Shown here: piece after piece, positions 11,484 through 18,617 of the stretch
Numbering within the stretch: position 1 is the stretch's first letter
Layout: each line of letters begins with the position of its first letter
Program-made: the position numbers and the translations under genes
From: Chthoniobacteraceae bacterium
GTDB taxonomy: Bacteria; Verrucomicrobiota; Verrucomicrobiia; Chthoniobacterales; Chthoniobacteraceae
DNA: 19,662 nt
Reading direction: 5' to 3'
Assembly (NCBI GenBank): GCA_031409655.1
Contig: JANNXQ010000272.1
Location: 1 to 19,662, forward strand
The notes under the pieces: model-generated
The model's input: only the letters and a program-made list of their open reading frames with translations
Database searches by the model: none
What the model was told of the DNA's origin: nothing

Positions 11484-11816
11484 TCAAGGCTCCGGACGGA
11501 GTTCCGGCACGGCTTCACAGGAATCCCGCCAGCCGGGGAAGTTCCAGGTGTTTGGGAAGCCGCGGCACTGGCCGGGCTTCACGGCTTGGATGGCGCAGTC
11601 GTGGCCTTCGAGGAAGGCGCATTCGCCGTTTGCTTTGTCGAGGAGCGCGAGTCCGTCGCGGTTCGGGCGGAGGCGGGTGAAGCGCTGGATGAAATCGTCT
11701 TCAGCGACGCCCACATGACGTGCGATGGCGGCAATTTCGTCCGCGGTCACTCTCACAAAACCCGGCCAGCGACAGCACGCGGTGCAGCGCTGGCAGACAT
11801 AGTGGAGGTGGGGCAT
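11484..11816 (-). CDS. YkgJ family cysteine-cluster protein (CxxCxxCC, putative Zn/Fe-chelating domain)
   Basis: CQRCTACC near the N-terminus, then CAFL, CAIQAVKPGQCRGFP and a final Cys, which is the eight-Cys pattern of the family. Confidence 0.9.
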   Translation of the reverse strand: MPHLHYVCQRCTACCRWPGFVRVTADEIAAIARHVGVAEDDFIQRFTRLRPNRDGLALLDKANGECAFLEGHDCAIQAVKPGQCRGFPNTWNFPGWRDSCEAVPELRPEP

Positions 11817-11902
11817 GGCTCAGAAGAAGGGCGTAATCCGATTGGCGGAGGAGCTTCGTATATTCAAGTGCGTGTTACGCGTCATCATTCACGACACACT
11901 GT

Positions 11903-11931
11903 TTGACAGGATCAACCTTGCCGCCAAGATT
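11903..11931 (+). promoter_or_regulatory. Candidate sigma70 promoter for the cytochrome c-FGE / dehydrogenase genes
   Basis: TTGACA (11903-11908), a 17-nt spacer, then AAGATT (11926-11931). ATG follows at 11944 with no Shine-Dalgarno. Confidence 0.5.
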
Positions 11932-11943
11932 CCCCGCCTCCGC

Positions 11944-13392
11944 ATGAAAAACGCCCCTCCTCTGCTACTCACTGCCTGCGCCACCCTCGTCATTTCGCCC
12001 ATCCAAGCGGCGGTCGATTTTGTGAAAGACGTCCAACCGATCCTCGAGACGAGTTGCGTGCGCTGCCACAATCCGAAGGGCACGGACTACGAAGCGGGCG
12101 ATACCGACGTGAACCTGGCGACGAAGGAAGCGGCCTTTGAAGTGACCTCGACGATCGTCGCGGGTAACCCGGAGAAGAGTAAACTGTACACGACCACCGT
12201 GCTCGGCGATGATGCGAAGAAGCTGATGCCGCCGCGCAATAAAGTGACGAAAGCGCTGGAGCGGCTGACCAAGTTGGAAACCGAGACGCTGAAGACCTGG
12301 ATCACCGAAGGTGCGAACTGGCCGGACGGCGTGGCCCTCGTGGCGCGGAAAAAAGAAATGGCGAGCACGGCCGGGGCGGAGGAGAAAATCGTCGCGGACA
12401 TCGCGGCGCGCATTGCCGAAGGGTCAAAGGAGAAAACCGTGGCGGACATGAAGCCCTACGGGACGACGATCCCTGGCTCCGAAGTGGCCTACGACATGGT
12501 GCCGATTCCCGGCGGCAAATTCAAAATGGGCAGTCCGGATTCCGAGGCTGGCCGCAAGCCCGACGAAGGGCCACAGCGGGAAGTCGAGATCTCACCTTTC
12601 TGGATGGGGAAAACCGAGATTACCTGGCCGGAGTTTCAGCTCTTCATGTATCCCGATGAGGAAAAGAAAATCCGCGAGCCCAAGAAGCTCCCCGCGGCGC
12701 TGAATGCCCTCACCGATGCGATCTCGCACCCGACGCAGCCTTACGTGGAGATGAGCTTCGGTATGGGCACGGATGGCTTCCCCGCGATCTCGATGACGCA
12801 GCACGCGGCGAATAAATACTGCCAGTGGCTGAGTGCAAAGACGGGCCACTTTTACCGCCTGCCCACCGAGGCCGAATGGGAGTACGCGGCCCGCTCCGGC
12901 ACCACGACACCATACTTCTGGGGCGACTCCGCGGACCCGAAAGTCATCGGCGAATACGCCTGGTGGGGGAAAAACGCGGATTTCAAATATCAGAAGGTCG
13001 GCAAGAAAAAGCCGAACCCCTGGGGTCTGCACGACATCCTCGGCAACGTCACCGAATGGTGTCTCGATGGCCATGATGCAAAGGGCTACGCGAACCTGCC
13101 CACGACCGATCCGTGGAACGTCGGCACCAAACCTTATCCGCACGTGGCCCGAGGCGGTTCCTGGGACGACGAAGATCCCGCCGCGCTCCGGGCTGCGGTG
13201 CGCCGCGGTTCGGGACCGGAGTGGAAGCGCCAGGATCCGCAGCTCCCGAAGAGCATCTGGTATCACACCGATGCGCAGTTCCTCGGCTTCCGCATCGTCC
13301 GTCCGCTGAAGACTCCGACGCCGGAAGAGATGGCGAAGTACTGGAACAACGGCGTGGAGAAAGACGATCCCTCGCTGACCAAGGCGGAGTGA
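11944..13392 (+). CDS. Exported fusion: planctomycete-type cytochrome c domain + FGE-sulfatase (SUMF1/EgtB/PvdO-like) domain
   Basis: Signal peptide ending IQA; VDFVKDVQPILETSCVRCH heme-binding motif (12055-12069) with distal LMPP and WITEGA. FGE-fold motifs FKMGS, RLPTEAEWEYAAR, PNPWGLHDILGNVTEW, RGGSW and GFRIV. Confidence 0.9.
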   Translation: MKNAPPLLLTACATLVISPIQAAVDFVKDVQPILETSCVRCHNPKGTDYEAGDTDVNLATKEAAFEVTSTIVAGNPEKSKLYTTTVLGDDAKKLMPPRNKVTKALERLTKLETETLKTWITEGANWPDGVALVARKKEMASTAGAEEKIVADIAARIAEGSKEKTVADMKPYGTTIPGSEVAYDMVPIPGGKFKMGSPDSEAGRKPDEGPQREVEISPFWMGKTEITWPEFQLFMYPDEEKKIREPKKLPAALNALTDAISHPTQPYVEMSFGMGTDGFPAISMTQHAANKYCQWLSAKTGHFYRLPTEAEWEYAARSGTTTPYFWGDSADPKVIGEYAWWGKNADFKYQKVGKKKPNPWGLHDILGNVTEWCLDGHDAKGYANLPTTDPWNVGTKPYPHVARGGSWDDEDPAALRAAVRRGSGPEWKRQDPQLPKSIWYHTDAQFLGFRIVRPLKTPTPEEMAKYWNNGVEKDDPSLTKAE

Positions 13393-13516
13393 TTCCCAAG
13401 CGCCGCAAGGCGGATTGCTTCAAAGCTTCCGCCCGCGCTGTGATTGTGGAAATCGTCGTCGCCAAATCACGCTCCACTCCCTACCCTCCCCAATCTATTC
13501 CCAGCCCAAAACACCA

Positions 13517-14860
13517 ATGAACACTCCATCCCAGAACGACGCGCTCTCGCGTCGGCTCTTCCTGAAACGCACCTCCACCGCGGTCGCCGGCGGCGCCCTC
13601 CTCGGCGCGCTCGACCCGAGCCGCTTTGCCCACGCCGCAGGCAGCACCGATGAACTCAAAGTCGCCCTCGTCGGCTGCGGCGGTCGCGGCTCCGGCGCGG
13701 CGAATCAAGCGCTCACGACCTACAGCCAAGGCCCGGTCAAGCTCGTCGCCATGGGTGATGTGCATGAGGACAAGCTCAACAACTCTCTCGCGAATCTCTC
13801 CAAACAACACGCCGACCGTGTGGACGTGCCCAAGGAGCGCCAGTTCCTCGGCTTCGATGCCTATAAGAAAGCGATCGAAACCTGCGACGTCGCGATCCTC
13901 GCGACGCCTCCGGGCCTGCGTCCCATGATGTTTGCCGAAGCCGTCCGGCAGGGCAAACACGTCTTCATGGAAAAGCCCGTGGCCAGCGATGCCGCGGGCG
14001 TACGCATGGTGCTCGCTGCCGCTGCAGAAGCGAAGAAGAAGGGATTGAAAGTCGGCGTTGGCCTCCAGCGCCGTCATCACAAGGGCTACCTCGAAACGAT
14101 GAAGCGCATCCACGGCGGCGAGATCGGCGACATCGTCTCCATGCGCTGCTACTGGAATGGGCGCCGCCCCTGGCAATACAAGCGAGCCGATCTCGAGGCG
14201 AAACACGGCAAGCTCACCGAGATGCAGTATCAATTCCGCAACTGGTATTACTTCACCTGGATCGGCGGTGATCACATCGTCGAGCAGCACATTCACAATA
14301 TCGACGTCATCAACTGGGTGAAGAAAGGCCACCCGGTGAAAGCCCGCGCCATCGGCGGCCGCGAGATCAATCTCGGCGGCACGGACGACGGCGAGATCTT
14401 CGATCACTTTGCCTGTCAGTTTGAATACGCCGACGAGTCCATTTGCTACAGCGAATGCCGCCACCAGGCTGGTTGCTGGAATAGCGTCACCGAGCATGTG
14501 GTCGGGACGAAAGGCCGGGCCGACGTCAGCGGACACAAGATCGTCGGCAGCGCCGAGCCATGGCGCTACAAGAGCGACGGCGACAAGGATCCCTACCAGC
14601 AGGAGCACGACGATCTTTTCGCCGCCATCCGCAACAACCAGGAATACAGCGAAGCCGTCTCTGGCGCCGAAAGCACCATGACCGCGATCCTCGGACGCAT
14701 GGCCGCCTACTCCGGCAAAGAGCTGGAGTGGGACGCTGCCCTGAACTCGAAGATCGATCTCCTGCCCGAAGAACTCGGCTGGGACAAACCTTCCCGGATC
14801 AACCCCGGCGAAGATGGCCAGTATCCCCGGGCCATCCCCGGCAAGACCGCGGTGATCTAA
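13517..14860 (+). CDS. Tat-exported Gfo/Idh/MocA family NAD(P)-dependent oxidoreductase
   Basis: Twin-arginine signal SRRLFLK...AHA; Rossmann motif LVGCGGRG; family motif FMEKP; EQHIHNID. Start set at ATG 13517. Confidence 0.92.
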   Translation: MNTPSQNDALSRRLFLKRTSTAVAGGALLGALDPSRFAHAAGSTDELKVALVGCGGRGSGAANQALTTYSQGPVKLVAMGDVHEDKLNNSLANLSKQHADRVDVPKERQFLGFDAYKKAIETCDVAILATPPGLRPMMFAEAVRQGKHVFMEKPVASDAAGVRMVLAAAAEAKKKGLKVGVGLQRRHHKGYLETMKRIHGGEIGDIVSMRCYWNGRRPWQYKRADLEAKHGKLTEMQYQFRNWYYFTWIGGDHIVEQHIHNIDVINWVKKGHPVKARAIGGREINLGGTDDGEIFDHFACQFEYADESICYSECRHQAGCWNSVTEHVVGTKGRADVSGHKIVGSAEPWRYKSDGDKDPYQQEHDDLFAAIRNNQEYSEAVSGAESTMTAILGRMAAYSGKELEWDAALNSKIDLLPEELGWDKPSRINPGEDGQYPRAIPGKTAVI

Positions 14861-14885
14861 GGTTCCGCGGTAACATTCATCTTTG

Positions 14886-14921
14886 CGCCCCGCGGTTCCC
14901 TTGTGGATCGCGGGGCGTTTT
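14886..14921 (+). terminator. Rho-independent terminator
   Basis: Stem CGCCCCGCG (14886-14894) pairs with CGCGGGGCG (14909-14917) and is followed by TTTT. It begins 25 nt after the dehydrogenase stop codon. Confidence 0.75.
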
Positions 14922-14994
14922 GCGTTTTGCGTTTTGTGACTGGTGATTGAGGTGTGGCCTCGCCCGATTCACCAATCACTGATCACCAATCACC
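14915..14994. repeat. Heptamer-periodic imperfect inverted repeat
   Basis: (GCGTTTT)x3 continues in phase as GTGACTG GTGATTG (14915-14949). It faces TCACCAA TCACTGA TCACCAA TCACC (14969-14994). Confidence 0.7.
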
Positions 14995-15038
14995 TCGCCG
15001 ATGACCAGCCCTGCAAAAATCCAAACCCCGAAAGCCCC

Positions 15039-15209
15039 ATGAAAATCAAAGGAATGAATGAGGCACCGTTCCTCGCGGTGTTGCAAAAAGTGCTCCCGAA
15101 AGCGACGAAAGATCCGCATCTCGCGAGCGCCATTTACGACGAAGTGCCGAAGGAGGTGCGGCTGCCCGTGAGCGGGGAGCCGATCACGCTCGTCGAGGCC
15201 ACCGTCTAG
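15039..15209 (+). CDS. Small hypothetical protein (56 aa), possibly a truncated remnant
   Basis: MKIKGMNEAPFLAVLQKVLPKATKDPHLASAIYDEV... is protein-like and helical, and stops 7 nt before the next gene. No recognisable domain. Confidence 0.5.
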   Translation: MKIKGMNEAPFLAVLQKVLPKATKDPHLASAIYDEVPKEVRLPVSGEPITLVEATV

Positions 15210-15216
15210 TCGCGCG

Positions 15217-15498
15217 ATGCAATACGTTTTGATCATCCACGAGGTGGAAGACTACGGGGCCTGGAAGAAGGTCTTTGACGGCGCGGCGGACATCCGGAGG
15301 GAAGCTGGCGAGCGCTCTTACCAAGTGCTGAAATTTCAGACCGATCCGAACAAGATCGTCCACTTCTCCGCGTGGACTTCGATCGACGACGCGCGGCGCT
15401 TCTTCGAATCGCCGCAGCTCGTCCGCATCCGCGCCGAGGCCGGCGTGAAATCGCCGGACTTCATCTATCTCGAACAGCTCGAAGCCGGGACGCTTTAG
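15217..15498 (+). CDS. Antibiotic biosynthesis monooxygenase-like / dimeric alpha-beta barrel protein
   Basis: 93 aa with the HEVEDYGAWKKVFD...R...G, DPNKIV and WTSIDDARRFFESP patterns typical of ABM-like ferredoxin-fold proteins. Confidence 0.8.
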   Translation: MQYVLIIHEVEDYGAWKKVFDGAADIRREAGERSYQVLKFQTDPNKIVHFSAWTSIDDARRFFESPQLVRIRAEAGVKSPDFIYLEQLEAGTL

Positions 15499-15605
15499 CC
15501 GCCATCCTCGCGGTCCGATCCCACTTCTTGAAACTTCCCGACGACCCACTCTTCCCGACTTCGCGCAGTAAGATGCCACTTCATCCATTGTGGCCCTCAT
15601 CCTAG

Positions 15606-15767
15606 CAGCCTGTTGAAAAACCTCTGGGGCCTCGGTGGATGGCGTCGCTCCGCGCGCCATGACTCACTTCGCGCGCTGCGCCACTCTGAAAGATGGGCCT
15701 GCGGCCAGAGTTTGGCATGGCGCGCGGAGCGACGCCATCCACCGAGGATGCGTTTTTCAACAGGCTG
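15606..15767. mobile_element. 162-bp non-autonomous MITE-like element with 16-bp terminal inverted repeats and an internal 32-bp inverted repeat
   Basis: CAGCCTGTTGAAAAAC (15606-15621) and GTTTTTCAACAGGCTG (15752-15767) form a perfect IR. An inner perfect IR spans 15630-15661 and 15716-15747. Flanks are CTAG and GTAG. No transposase in the window. Confidence 0.75.
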
Positions 15768-15793
15768 GTAGTGCCATTCGGGGCGGGAAGTTC

Positions 15794-15840
15794 GTCGCGG
15801 CGGGACGCCGCGACCCACACGCGAGACGCGGATGCTCCCC
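15794..15840 (-). repeat. Solitary REP-like palindromic unit
   Basis: The minus strand reads GGGGAGCATCCGCGTCTCGCGTG-TGG-GTCGCGGCGTCCCGCCGCGAC: a GGAG-headed hairpin followed by a second, perfect 9-bp hairpin, just downstream of the serine hydrolase stop. Confidence 0.6.
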
Positions 15841-15862
15841 GGAGCTCCGAGCCCACACCCCG

Positions 15863-16882
15863 TCACTTTCCGAAAAGCGTCCGCAGAAATTGCGCGTCGG
15901 AAAATCTGCCGCCGAATCCCTGCCGGACGACGATGAGCCCCATCGACGGCACCACATACTGCCGCTGATATCCGGAGCCGATGCAGGCCAGCAGATCGGC
16001 CGGCGCGGCCCGACAGATCACCGCACCGCTCCAGTTCTGCCGATGCCAATCGCGCTCCAGCAGATCCTCAAAATCAAACTCCCGCCCGCCGGGTGCGGCG
16101 CGATTATTCCACCAGCCGAGCGCAAAGGCGCGATTCGCCGGCGAGCCGCGGAGCGCTGGGACCAGGGAGCCCCGACGCAGCACCGGCGCGCCTCCGGCGA
16201 GCGCGACGCGCCCCATCGCCGACCACTCGCGCGCGGTGAGCATCCAGCCAGTCGCGAGCAAGGGATCGCCCACGCGATCTTTCAAGTAGCGCTGCGCATC
16301 CAGCCCCATCGGTCGCAGTACTCGCCGCTCCAGATACTTCGTCGGGGTCTCGCCGCGCCGCGCGAGTTTCCGCTCCAGCACTTCGTGAAAAACCTGCAGC
16401 GAAGCCGGTCCGTAGGCAAAGGCCTGGCTTGGCTCAGCGACCATCGGCAACGCCAGCGCACTCGCGCCCCGGTTGCGCACACCTTCGCCGTGCAGAAATG
16501 TCCCCGGCTCCAGTCCACTGGAAAAATCGAGGAGCATCCGCACCGTCACCCGCGCCTTGCGGGGATCGGCACTCCATTCGGAGAGCGTGGCCGCGACGCG
16601 TTCATCAAGTCGGAGCAGACCATCCTGCACGGCCGCGAGCGCCGCCAGATTCCAGAAAGCCTTCGTGCCGCTGTAGATCTTGAGGGTCTTTCCCGCGGAG
16701 TGGCCGTTCGCGTATTCCTCGAAGATCACCCGCCCGTGCTGGATCACGAGCAGCGACGCCCCGCGACACCGCGCCGAATACTCCGCTGCCTTCCGGACGT
16801 GCGCGAGATCGAGACTTTCCCCGCGCACCCCGACGAGGCCCGCGACAAAAAATGCCAGCACGCTGCCGAGCAGCTTCCTCAC
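15863..16882 (-). CDS. Exported beta-lactamase-fold serine hydrolase (class C beta-lactamase/esterase-like)
   Basis: GTG start at 16882 overlaps the fur stop (GTGA). Signal-like N-terminus; SLLVIQHGRVIFEEY; catalytic SxxK (YSGTK); TVRMLLDFSSGL; FAYGP; GYQRQYVVPSMGLIVVRQG. Confidence 0.88.
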   Translation of the reverse strand: MRKLLGSVLAFFVAGLVGVRGESLDLAHVRKAAEYSARCRGASLLVIQHGRVIFEEYANGHSAGKTLKIYSGTKAFWNLAALAAVQDGLLRLDERVAATLSEWSADPRKARVTVRMLLDFSSGLEPGTFLHGEGVRNRGASALALPMVAEPSQAFAYGPASLQVFHEVLERKLARRGETPTKYLERRVLRPMGLDAQRYLKDRVGDPLLATGWMLTAREWSAMGRVALAGGAPVLRRGSLVPALRGSPANRAFALGWWNNRAAPGGREFDFEDLLERDWHRQNWSGAVICRAAPADLLACIGSGYQRQYVVPSMGLIVVRQGFGGRFSDAQFLRTLFGK

Positions 16883-17343
16883 GCCGCGCCCGCGGTGGCG
16901 GCTGCTCGCTGGCATTTCGGGCACACGCCGAAGATCTCCAGCGTGTGCGTCACATTCCCGTAACCCATCTGCCGCGCCAGCCGCTCGAGCCCATCTGCCA
17001 CGCACAGATCCAGCGTCTTCACGCCATGACAGGTGCGACAGATGATGTGGTGATGATGATGTTCACCCGTATTGATCTCATAGCGATACGAGCCGTCGCC
17101 GAAGTCGCAGCGCCGCACCAGATTCAGCGCCTCCATCGCGGTGAGGCAGCGATAGACCGTCACGAGATCGCACTGCCCGGCTTTCATCCGCCCATGCACT
17201 TCCTCCGCGGTGAAGGGACCGTGCTCCGCGGCGAGCAGACCGAGGATCGCCTTACGGGGCTCGGTGATCCGGCTCCCGTGATCGCGCAACGTCTGCAAGG
17301 CGGACTCCAGCAGGACGGCGGGCGACGGGTGGGAGTGTGGCAT
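16879..17343 (-). CDS. Fur family transcriptional regulator (Zur/Fur/PerR subtype unresolved)
   Basis: RITEPRKAIL, FTAEEVH, TVYRCL, EHHHHHIICRTC and FGVCPKC: the Fur winged helix, His motif and two CxxC structural-zinc motifs. Confidence 0.93.
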   Translation of the reverse strand: MPHSHPSPAVLLESALQTLRDHGSRITEPRKAILGLLAAEHGPFTAEEVHGRMKAGQCDLVTVYRCLTAMEALNLVRRCDFGDGSYRYEINTGEHHHHHIICRTCHGVKTLDLCVADGLERLARQMGYGNVTHTLEIFGVCPKCQRAAATAGAA

Positions 17344-17352
17344 GAGGGGAAA

Positions 17353-17381
17353 GCTCTAGCGGAGGCGCGACCGTTGTTCAA
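17353..17381 (-). promoter_or_regulatory. Candidate sigma70 promoter for fur (near-leaderless)
   Basis: TTGAAC (17381-17376), a 17-nt spacer, TAGAGC (17358-17353), then 9 nt to the ATG. No Shine-Dalgarno. Confidence 0.45.
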
Positions 17382-17461
17382 TCGTGAGCACTGGACAAAC
17401 TTTTCGGGAATCAAATGCGGCTCGACGCCCTCTCATCGCCGATCACATGCTCCACCCCGCC

Positions 17462-18616
17462 ATGACCCCACTCCACCACGAGACCGTCGTCAAAGATCGT
17501 TACGCTTCCGGTGCGCAATGCTGCGAGCCAGCCCTGTGCTGCCCAGTGGACTACGATCCGCAATATCTCAAGGTCATCCCGCAGGAAGTCATTGAGCGCG
17601 ATTACGGCTGCGGGGATCCCTCGCAGCATCTGCACGCTGGCGAGACGGTGCTCGATCTCGGCAGCGGCACGGGGAAGATCTGTTTCATCGCCGCGCAAGT
17701 GGTGGGGCCGACCGGAAGAGTCATCGGCGTGGATATGACGGATGCGATGCTTGAGGTGGCACGGCGGAATGCGCCGATCGTCGCGGAGCGCATCGGCTAC
17801 GCGAATGTCGAGTTCCGCAAAGGCCGCATCCAGGATCTCGCGCTGGATCTGGAGAAGCTGGATGCGGAGTTGCAAGCGCGGCCCATCAAGAGCGCCGACG
17901 CTTTCCTCCAAGCTGGCACCGTCGCCGACGAACTGCGCGTCAAACATCCCCTCGTGGCCAATGACTCCGTGGATGTGGTCGTTTCCAATTGCGTGCTCAA
18001 CCTCGTCGAGCCGCGCGCCAAGCGGGAACTCTTCGCGGAAATCTTCCGCGTGCTGCGCAAAGGCGGACGTGCCGTGATCAGCGACATCGTCGGCGATGAA
18101 GAAGTGCCGCAGGAATTGCAGGACGACCCGACGCTCTGGAGCGGCTGCATCAGCGGCGCGCTCACGGAGGAGGGTTTCCTTGCGGCGTTTGAAACCGCGG
18201 GCTTCCACGGCATCCGCATCTTGAAGCGCGACACGCATCCTTGGCAGACCGTGCGCGGGCTCGAGTTCCGCTCGGTGACGGTCGAGGCTTTCAAAGGCAA
18301 GCAGGGCGCTTGCTTCGATCGCAACCAGGCGATGATCTACAAGGGCCCCTTTAAGAAGGTGCTCGACGACGACGATCATCTCTTCGAACGCGGCCAGCGC
18401 ACCGCCGTCTGCGACAAGACTTACCAACTCTACAAAAAGGCGCCTTACGCAGGGAGCTTCGAACACCTCGATCCGCTCAATGAAGTCCCGCTCGACGCGG
18501 CGCCGCCTTTCGATTGCTCCGGTATGCGCCGGCGGCATCCGAAAGAAAAGAAAAGCCAGGACTACGACTCGACCACCGCTGCCAGCCAGTGCGGCGATGG
18601 CGGGAACTGCTGCTGA
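17462..18616 (+). CDS. arsM: Arsenite S-adenosylmethionine methyltransferase-like protein (ArsM/AS3MT family)
   Basis: SAM motif VLDLGSGTG; GVDMTDAML; family Cys motifs ALCC, YGCG, SNCVLNL and WSGCISGA; C-terminal CC. Its stop is 1 nt before arsS. The start could instead be ATG 17447. Confidence 0.82.
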   Translation: MTPLHHETVVKDRYASGAQCCEPALCCPVDYDPQYLKVIPQEVIERDYGCGDPSQHLHAGETVLDLGSGTGKICFIAAQVVGPTGRVIGVDMTDAMLEVARRNAPIVAERIGYANVEFRKGRIQDLALDLEKLDAELQARPIKSADAFLQAGTVADELRVKHPLVANDSVDVVVSNCVLNLVEPRAKRELFAEIFRVLRKGGRAVISDIVGDEEVPQELQDDPTLWSGCISGALTEEGFLAAFETAGFHGIRILKRDTHPWQTVRGLEFRSVTVEAFKGKQGACFDRNQAMIYKGPFKKVLDDDDHLFERGQRTAVCDKTYQLYKKAPYAGSFEHLDPLNEVPLDAAPPFDCSGMRRRHPKEKKSQDYDSTTAASQCGDGGNCC

Positions 18617-18617
18617 G

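Noticed and set aside
15001..15042. 13-codon ORF overlapping the ATG at 15039 as a possible leader peptide
   Set aside because: No ribosome-binding site, regulatory codon run or attenuator structure.
15863..16882. Antibiotic-resistance beta-lactamase call
   Set aside because: The fold is shared, but the second and third active-site motifs deviate, so resistance cannot be inferred.
15635..16963. 442-aa plus-strand ORF, and similar long antisense ORFs at 7731..8825, 13481..14608 and 17411..18838
   Set aside because: They are antisense shadows of well-supported genes and lack motifs; 15635..16963 starts inside the MITE.
17344..17461. Fur/Zur box in the divergent intergenic region
   Set aside because: No AT-rich 7-1-7 or 9-1-9 palindrome is visible, so the operator is unsupported.
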